The notes under the pieces: model-generated | The model's database searches: none | The model's input: only the letters and a program-made list of their open reading frames with translations | What the model was told of the DNA's origin: nothing | NCBI RefSeq assembly: GCF_000150275.1 | Contig: NW_002060944.1 | Location: 8,828,159-8,892,158, forward strand | Direction of reading: 5' to 3' | DNA from: Trichoplax adhaerens | Lineage: Eukaryota; Animalia; Placozoa | Length of the DNA stretch: 64,000 bases | Shown: positions 54,849 through 64,000 of the stretch, one piece after another | Layout of the letters: each line of letters opens with the position of its first letter | Numbering within the stretch: position 1 is the stretch's first letter | Program-made: the position numbers and the translations under genes

Positions 54849-56952
54849 ATGTACTCTAAGAATGGCATGATTGTCATCATCGTTATCGTCTTCGCTGCCA
54901 TGGCTACACAAGGATATGGTAAGTAGCTGCTGCATAGTATCGCAAGCGATGTGGATGACTGTGCAGCTGAGGAGTAGGATGGAGGTCAAAAATTGTCAGC
55001 ATTAGTCTTCTATCTAGACTGGATAATCAACTTGATCGAAAGACTGCATTCTTGCAATTCTTAATGCTTTTCAATGCTTACAATGATGCTAGGTGACGAA
55101 TTACAGTATTTTAATTCCAGCTACACTTCTAAAAGCTTTAATATGACTCATGCTACAACGACCATCGTCTATCATGGGGTCGCTCGGTATGATCTATTAT
55201 CCATTTGGAGTTCTGTGAAGGTACTGCAGTACATATACAAAAGTGTCAAGTTGGAACTAATGTATATAGACTAAGCATAAATTTATCATCATGCTGCTCT
55301 AAAATGCAAGTGTATTTTATTGATAGATTAAAGTCAATTGCTCCGCTGACTGCAGATTTTATCAAATATATCCTACTCGACATTATTTGTCAAGCAATGA
55401 TGACAAATTATTAGATCGAAAATATCTTATTTGGCTGTTAACTTTAAATTGGCATATAACACATATTTCACCCTATGATGCAACTTATGTTCACGTACGA
55501 ATTTCTGGACCGATGAGCAAATTTACGTTACTACTTGAACATCAAGGTAAACATAAATGAAACCCGTGATCAGGGCTTCGGTCAGAATATCTTGTATAAC
55601 CTCACGGTCAAAAATAATAACCATTTGTTTATTTTGTGGATAGTGTTCAATTGGCTTTTATTCCTGACGTTTACAGCTGGACTACTTTTCTATTTCACAG
55701 CCACCACGTTATCAAGGTTTAGGAGCAAAACGCATTGTTTTAATGAATCACTTTCTCAGTTATAAGCACTTTACAATATTGACATATGAATACTAAACCT
55801 AAAATATTATGTTAGGAGTCGCTTGGTATTCTATGGTATTAGCATAGCAATTGGAATTAGTATCGGCTCGGTTTTGGCATTCGCGATTTCATTCCATTAT
55901 TGCAGTAAACTTTTACCTCAGGTATCGTGTTGCTCACCCTTTTTAAATTCGATAACATTATCGAACAGGATTGCTAAACCATAATTGTAATGATTTGACT
56001 TCTTGTAATTGTACTTTTATAGAAATCAGTTACCAATATTATTGCCATCGGTGGAATTTTAATTATGACATACTTTGTCGATTATCGCCCGTTCAATTAT
56101 GCTTCTTTCTTAATAGCCAATAAAGAAGCTATTGCAATATATGTCGTTATATCTGGTGGTTTAACTTTTTGTTTGTGCCATACGTACGAACCGGGACCAG
56201 AAGATCCCAAGGTAATTATTTTGCATTAATAGACACACTTATTCGATCATTATCAACGTCTAATTTTCTGCCTGAAATTAAATGTAGAGAAAGGTAATAC
56301 AGTGGATTATTCAAGCTATCGCTATCCTTCTAATGTACTATGGGTTGCAACTGCAAGAGATATCTTTTCTAGTTATAATTGTATGCTGGATATGGAGTTG
56401 GCAGTATCATGCAACCAAAGCCACTGCTGTAGTAAAAGCCACCTTTAAAAAATTTAGGTTAGTTATAAATGGTGACATTGAAATAATTGTAAACTGTATA
56501 GTAATCATTCGTATTACACCCACGATTAGGAAAAGGTATGCATTACGTGCTACCGTTAATACACCCCATCGATTTTTAACACAAGAAGAGTTTGTAACTG
56601 AGGGTAAGGTAGAAACTGAGAAGGCGCTACAACAACTACGTGACTACTGTACAAGCCCTGAATGTAATACTTGGGAAATAGTGAAAAAGTTGAAAGACCC
56701 CAAGAGGTATCTGAGACATTTCAATTTGGGATACTTTTCTAAACTTGTGCTTTATATTCTGAGGTTTGATGTATTTGATAGTATTAAAGGTTGGCTTTTA
56801 ATAAGCAATACACATTTAGATGTCATCTATTAATTACGAAAATGTATTTCAATTTGGATAATAGGTTTGCTGAACTTCTTTACGGTAATGGTGATCTCGA
56901 TGACCGAGAACTCTATAGATGGATGAATGACAGTATGTTTGATGTTGAATAA
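54849..56952 (+). CDS. NEMP1: Nuclear envelope integral membrane protein (NEMP/TMEM194 family), 9 coding exons
   Basis: Signal exon 54849-54918 (MYSKNGMIVIIVIVFAAMATQGY); TM exons FNWLLFLTFTAGLLFYFTATTLSR, SRLVFYGISIAIG..., KVIQWIIQ...; conserved C-terminal block RFLTQEEFVTEGKVETEKALQQLRDYCTSPECNTWEIVKKLKDPKR/FAELL; stop TAA 56950-52. Confidence 0.9.
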
Positions 56953-59635
56953 TACAATAATTTCCGCAAAAGATTCAATTTAATATTTATTGGTTTACTT
57001 GGTTGAAATATAATTTTATTTGTTACTATAAAATTTTACAAAACGGGTACGGGTATGCTTGTGCAAACAATGATACTGAATGTAGTCAAATGCATCCAGT
57101 AGAAATTTTTAACAGTATGAGGAGGTGTTTTCTCACTTCATTTTTATCCTTATTAAATTTTAATGGCATTACTTGATAATGTTCTGTTTCTGAAATGCAG
57201 TCTAGCGTCTTGTCTCAATAATAGTTCTGACTATGACCTGATTGCATTTCAAGCAACAGCGACATACCGGTTGCTAGTTTCTTTAAGGACAAAACTAACT
57301 ATAAATCACTCTTAACGATCTCACGGATGTGCTATATCATAAAATCATATAGCAATACGGATAATACTAGTCCTATACAGAATTGTTGCTGTTACCTGAA
57401 CAATACTAAATTTGATAATCAGATTTCTCACTACATGTTAAATCGCTTCATCAAAAGTTACAGTATTTTAAATTTGGGTAATCAATGTAAACCAAACTCA
57501 GGAAAGGATACTTCTACGAACTTGTAAAATACCGGAGGATAAATGCTAGTAATAGCAAGTACTTTCAAAGTACATGTATTGACTTATCTAGCAAAGTGCC
57601 CTATGCTATACTATATTATCAGTACAATTTTAAAATCTAAATCTACTATCAGTTTCGATGATCTAGTGAGATGCATCTTCTTTTTACCCTTTCAAAAATT
57701 GTTTATTATATAATTATTACCACTGGCAATTCTGCTTTCTCGCCTATACCTGTCCTTTATTCTTTCATTTATCTGTTATATGTAGCTAAGAGAGGACAAA
57801 AATGATGCGAATAGCACTTAAAAGACTACTATCAGCCACAAAAGCTGAATGTAATAAAAAATTCTAATTAACTGTATTATGTTATGGTCATAGCATTTAT
57901 TATGCCGTATGTAAGACTGAATAACAAATTAAGAATAATAAATTGATATGTTAATCATCAGTCATTTTCATTACTATATAAATGACTGCAGTATTTTGTA
58001 AACTGATGAAGTCTGATACGATATAAACACCTAATGCTTATAGCTATTAAATTCTGTTATCTAGCTTACACTTTGAGTTAATGTTATGGATCTAACCCAA
58101 CGGAATACCTTCGCTTTCTATTTATTACCAAGGCAATGTCCTAGTATGATCGTGTTAAGAGGGGCAAAATTACTCCGCCACTATCTCGCAATAATAAGCT
58201 ACTTGTCAGTTATATTCTTACGGTAAGGAAAAATAAAGGCAACTGTAAACCTAGAGATGTTTACGTCCTTGCAAAGAGGATGCGTTCTCTTTTAATCCAT
58301 AGGATCACAATCAGCTAACATACATTTGCGCAACATTGTCGTAGTTTAAATGGATCAAACCTTGCATATATTGGCTTAAAAATGTAACTGGTATCATCTC
58401 ACTTTACGCAAGTCTTAAGCCTTATTACCAATTCCGTGCATTTGCTATAAGGAATGTAGAACAATTGAATACAATTCCATTGCCGTTCATGTTAATGGTA
58501 ATTGTTTTCTGCAATATAATTTGATGAAGCTAATTGAGATCATTAACGTCAATTTGATTATTATTATAATTAGTCTTGTAAGGCCAATTCACTTGGTTCT
58601 CACTGTAGTTTGCAAATACAATTTACCCGTGGTAAGACAGATATACAGTATTTAATTGACATAAATAAGGCAAACTACATCATAGCTCCGTTGTACAGGA
58701 GCTGCATCCGATGTAGTATAAATGGTGATCCTCTGTAGTACAGGTAAAGCTGTGTAAAGAAAGATTTAAATGGCTTTGATACCGTAGTTAGTTATTTTAG
58801 CTTCCGAATCTATGGGTCGGCTCGTGACTCTCATTAGGGCAATAACTATGGTATAATAATTAAGTTACGAACGTTAAATCTCTTGAGCTACTCGGTAGAA
58901 GGAATGTGCAGTATTCCGCATATTTAGGTCTCTTAAGCTCAAATTTAACTTCAAACTAGCACTGTATAGAATACAATCTAGGATAAGCACACTTTTATTT
59001 TATTTCATAGACCTATGCAAAAGCTACTAAACGTTCTATATTATACGGACTAACGGACTACTGTATATCAAATGAATCTTCCTTACTAGTAGGAGATTCT
59101 CAGTTTTATATAGTTGACCGATTCTGAACTACAATATGCGTATGTTGTAACTGCCGTCAAATTATGTTTGCTAATTACTGTACTTGACTACAATAACTGA
59201 AAGAAGAGTATGATAGCATTCAGTTTGTTGCATAATTATAGCCTTGTCTATCATAGTGTCTGTAAGTAATTCGGTAGAGATAAAAACACAAGTTTCATAT
59301 ACTGTACTAATCAGTGCGCTGAACTGAAGCTGATTACTGTAAAATGGATTTGCTATTATCATTATGAAATACGTACCACAACTGCATCACTTACACGTAA
59401 AGAACGGAAGTAAATGGTAGAAAAAGTAATAAAATCAAAATAACAACAACGTGCGGTTTACAAAATACTTTACTTCTAGCTTAGTATTGCATTTTTTAAT
59501 TGCCTCTTTGTTAAGAGCATACCCAGATTCACTAGTTCATATTAGAGGCATTTAAAACACTAATTTGGCAATGAACTTATTTTATCATTAACTAGTTAAG
59601 GAAATTACTATTGCTTCAATTATTATCCAGAAGCT

Positions 59636-62600
59636 CTAAAATTTAGCCATCTCCTCAGGTTCTTCATAAGTTTGATTAATGTGTTGATTTCCTCCTGATG
59701 AGCTCATAGTCATTTGACCTGATTCTTCTATGTTAATAACGATCAAAAAATGTAAATTATGGATATTAATATGTTAAAATTCATTATCAGTTTTTAGCCA
59801 ACCATCAATATGTGTACAGGTAATAGCTAAAATTATACAGTTCAAGTAGTAAATTTTATAAACCAAAATACCTCTATAAATAGGATCTCGACTCTTGGAT
59901 TGTGAAGTCTTAGCACGTTTGTTATCGGAACTAATATTATTTCCCCTAGTTAATAATATTGAACGGTAAAATATAATTAGAAAATATCCGTAATTTTAGT
60001 TAGATTTTATGAGTTACTAAAGAACCGGTCACAATGTCGTCAAGTTCGAATGTGATTTTTTTACCTCTTGCGCATAAAAAAGTAAGCTACCAAGAGGAGA
60101 ATCAAGAGGGCGCCGGCAGAGCCAGCAGCAATGCCAATAATAGATGGAGCTATAAGTGCATAAATTAACCTTAAATTATTGCCATACAAATTTAAGGTCA
60201 AGGTCCTTTTACGAAATCAACTTAGTTTTAAGTACATCTGCCATAATGAAGATGAAGCTGTTAAAAGAGGACTCTGAATGAATGAATGGCTACTTACTAT
60301 TTAAACCTATGACTGCACTTTGACAATTATTCCCTTGAAAGCCTCCTGAACAACTACAGATATATAATATAATAGAATTTTTTAGGTTTTATTCGTACTT
60401 AAACCACTGTGGGTCTGTTAAGAAATATAGAACTTGTAATCAGTTTGATGCTTTTTATAATTGTATTAAACAAAAAAATCGATGATTTAATTTAGCTTTG
60501 AAAACAATATTTTGGCAAACCTGCATGTTGGTCTATTATTCTGCATGGTACACTGTCCATTATTAACGCAAAAGCTGGGAGAGCAAGAGAAATCTGGAAA
60601 AAATATCAAATGCAAACCTTAGTGTTTTACTTAAAGTACATATGTAATGGTACAATACTTTAGGGTTCAGATTCAGAATCGCATAATACATGCATATCAG
60701 CACTAACTTCCTAACTTTAACATACAAAATCTATCATATATTATACGATACTATATTTCTATTTGAATCTAATTTGAGAGCTAGATCAAAATAAGTTGCT
60801 GATTTTAGCAGTCATTTTCTACCACTTACCAATATTCAAGGCCGCGCTTAAAGTAAACGTAGTATTATCAGGTTTACGAACTACGCATTGGTATTGCCCG
60901 TTGTCATTGAATGTTAAAGGTCTAAAGTTTAATATAGATTTAACGATGGCACTAGTATTAGAGCTGATCTCGATAATATTTGTGTTATTTCCAGGAGTCA
61001 TAGGGATCCCATTTTTCGTCCAGGTAAAGATTGGCTTGGGGCGTGCGGTAGCTTGACATTCTAGCCTGGCGTACAAGCCAACAGTATATAATGAAGTATT
61101 GGAAATTACTTGAACATTTTGCAAAGGCACACCTAAGATTAGCAAAGAGACGATATCTTACAATGTAGTACTGAATGCTGTTTTTTACGAAAGACACACA
61201 CACGTAATACTTGATACCCAGAATTTAATTAACGTATACATATATCGACATAATCTAATTAGAGAATGTAATTTAAGAGCCAGTTAAAAATAAAAATGTT
61301 ATCTTTACTTTGTAACCAATTTTCGCAGCGATTTCCTGCATACCCAGTGACACAACTAACAAATAGAACAAAAGATAGGTAATATTCTAAAAGTATTCAG
61401 TTTTATATTAAACCCTATTAACTGAATTTGAGCTCCAATCAACTCACCTACAAACAGGCGTAATTCCAATCATGAAACAATTTCCTCCATTTAAGCAAGT
61501 TCTAGGTAAACAAGCAAGTTCTACAATATAACAACAATAAACAAGCTTAATATGTAGCTAGGAATAGATAAATGTAAATTTCTGTTTCTGCTACAGTAGT
61601 TACTTAAATACGCGTTTAACCTTTGATATATATATATATATATAAGTTCTTCAAAACCAAACTGATCTAGGTAAACATAAAATCTATGAGGAATAAGCAG
61701 TTATTTAATACTACAGTACTCTCTCACGCAGATGATAAATTTTAACTATTCTAGTAAGCGCGCGATAACATCAAAGTAATGATAGAGCATATTAAGCTAA
61801 CGGAACCTTGGCGCCAGAATAGTCGAATCATCAAGCTAAGTATACAATAGACTGTTACTGTATGCTACTGAATCACTAATAAACCACTAAAGATTATAAT
61901 ATTGATAAACTTGTATATAGCTTATTATTGTGCCGTATATTAAATAACTATTTAATAAACTCGTTTTGCCTCTGTGTTTGATTAAATATAAAAGTAATTT
62001 CTGCTGATCAAAGCTTAATTACATTCTTGAACCTTACTTATTGTAACTGAAGAAGACGTTAGGTTTCTATCGTTCGCTGTATCAATGGCGATGCACCGAT
62101 ATTTTCCGTTGTTAGCTGATGATAAACGAGTAATTACTAATACCGATTTCGTTATGGAATCAGACGTAGTGTTGACTATCATGATCTTCATGTTACTTCC
62201 ATCTTGAATGATAGTGTTATTTATTGTCCAGGTGAGGGTAGATAAAGGACGTGAGTGAGCTTGGCATTCCATGCCCACAGTTGCATCAACATTGTATGTT
62301 GAAAGATTAGATTTGATTTAAATGTTATCTAATGGAATATCTTGATAATAAAAAGTTATTATAGATAAATTAGACGAAAATATCAATATAAATTCCGCAA
62401 TAAATTTACAAGTGAGTATTTCCATTTAAGATTTCTTTCGCACAAAGCCATATAACAAATTTGCAGGAACTACTGTCCGTATGATATATTTTAGTTGTGT
62501 CAGTAAGTTTTACTAGAGCTGAATATATTTGGTATTAAATACTATTTTTTAAGCTATACTGGTATCAATTTTTTCTAAATATTACTTTTAACACCATGAA

Positions 62601-63743
62601 TATCAGTATACGTATACTCAGATTCTTACTTGGGATATAAGATGATTCGCATTGCTGTCCGGTATAAGGAACATTGCAACTATTAGAATGATAGCAAGAA
62701 CGCGATTTCAATGTTTAAATTTACTATCACAATTACTTTAAAATGTCCTTCATGTGCATTCGATTAAGTCTATTACTTTTGATACATTTATTCACTATAA
62801 TGCCGGCGTTTACTGCGAATATTATTTTCAGTTTAAAGTTATAAGCAGAAATAACTGTACACTTCCGATAACTATTTCTAGCAAATATTAATTTACCTGC
62901 AAACTGGTGCATTATTAGACTGATTGCATTGTCCTCGGTTGTTACAAATTTCAGGATAGCAGCTAATTTCTATAAGCGCATAAAAGAAATTGTAAATAAC
63001 GGATTTAGAGCGAAAATCCTCCTGATTTACATGTCTCATGTGTTGCCAAATCACTTTGGTATACGGCGATTTCTAATATCTCAGATATTTCAAAATAATG
63101 CGTTAATATAGTATTTGCTCGGTAAGTTCAACCATAGTAACGTCTGATAGCATTGGCCCATACTGCTCATATGTGTAAATATCCTATTACCTATAGCAAC
63201 TTCTTTAGTTTTCATTGTTATATTATGCAATTGGCCGAATGCATTATATTGATAATTAGCTTCGCATCGATAAATACCAATATCAGTTACTTTCAAACCA
63301 TTAATAACTAAAACAGACTTTTGCTCATAGTATGCAGAATAACCAATCCTTTTCATAGTGGTATAATGTTCTCCGATAGATAGAGGAATATTATTTTTAG
63401 TCCAGGTTATAAATGGTGAAGGATATGATGTAGTTTGACACTCTAACCCAATTATTTGACCCAGTCGATAGATATCTGTTACATTAGATTGAATCGAAAC
63501 TGCCCGAAGTGGAACATCTAAACATGTTGTCAAATCATAAGACGTTTTACATATGTTAATTACTGATAATTCAAGCAGGTTTCTTGACTTTACCATGACG
63601 GATAACAGTTTTGAACGTACATATTATCGATATACCACATGATTAATTAAAGATCTATTAAAATCAATTGAAAGATATTCATTCGCTACTTACATGGTTG
63701 CATGATTTCACAATGAGTTCCGATATAACCAATGTTACAATTG
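59636..63743 (-). CDS. 3' part of a single-pass Ig-EGF repeat receptor (3 Ig, split EGFs, TM, short Tyr-motif tail); 5' end beyond the window
   Basis: Ig exons ~63191-63517, ~62037-62341, ~60828-61133; split EGF exon pairs (e.g. 60521-60594 + 60297-60355); TM exon 60065-60149 PSIIGIAAGSAGALLILLLVAYFFMRKR; tail exons ~59871-59945 and ~59636-59727 giving ...SRDPIYREESGQMTMSSSGGNQHINQTYEEPEEMAKF*. Confidence 0.85.
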
Positions 63744-64000
63744 CTGTAAATAGGTGAATAATTGATATTACAACGATGATTGTAAAATTTTCGAAATCTA
63801 TTATTAATGTTTCCACAGTCTTATCAATCATTTCAAAAATATTGACTCTTGAAGCATTATGTACATTGCTTTTTCATGTTTCTCCTCAAAATTTAATCAT
63901 AATTTTACTGGACGTCTACAAACGATTTAAGATGAAGTAAGTGTAACATTACTTCTGCCTGTTCTTATAAGTTCGCTTAGCTATTTTTATTAAAGCAAAA

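Noticed and set aside
2204-63111. Many short ORFs antisense or off-frame to real exons (e.g. 2204-2389, 3760-3948, 14815-15069, 51164-51382, 60796-61056, 62929-63111)
   Set aside because: Shadow ORFs of genuine exons with no independent evidence.

Overview
Eukaryotic, AT-rich (roughly one-third GC by eye), intron-dense animal genomic DNA with short GT-AG introns and one 50-N scaffold gap. The style suggests an early-branching animal such as a placozoan (inference only). Five genes can be reconstructed by hand. (1) A large minus-strand mosaic gene (~134-20666, running off the left edge) with 7 N-terminal EGF, 13 SRCR interspersed with EGF, and at least 5 Ig domains alternating with split EGFs. 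(2) An essentially single-exon Artemis/DCLRE1C gene (28057-29379), preceded by a 41-bp minisatellite. (3) A giant LRR-GPCR (33800-51911): signal peptide, LRRNT, about 46 one-repeat-per-exon LRRs, a relaxin-receptor-like hinge and a 7TM domain. (4) NEMP1/TMEM194 (54849-56952) with an E2F/CHR/CCAAT-type upstream region. (5) The 3' end of a second minus-strand Ig-EGF receptor (59636 to beyond 63743) with a TM helix and a short tyrosine-motif tail, probably a paralog of gene 1. The most unusual signals are the LRR count and paired-cysteine LRR doublets of the GPCR, and the SRCR/EGF/Ig receptor family with an internal block duplication, vicinal-CC SRCR domains and a stop-containing cassette that could switch between secreted and membrane forms. 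All exon structures were read manually and need RNA evidence.
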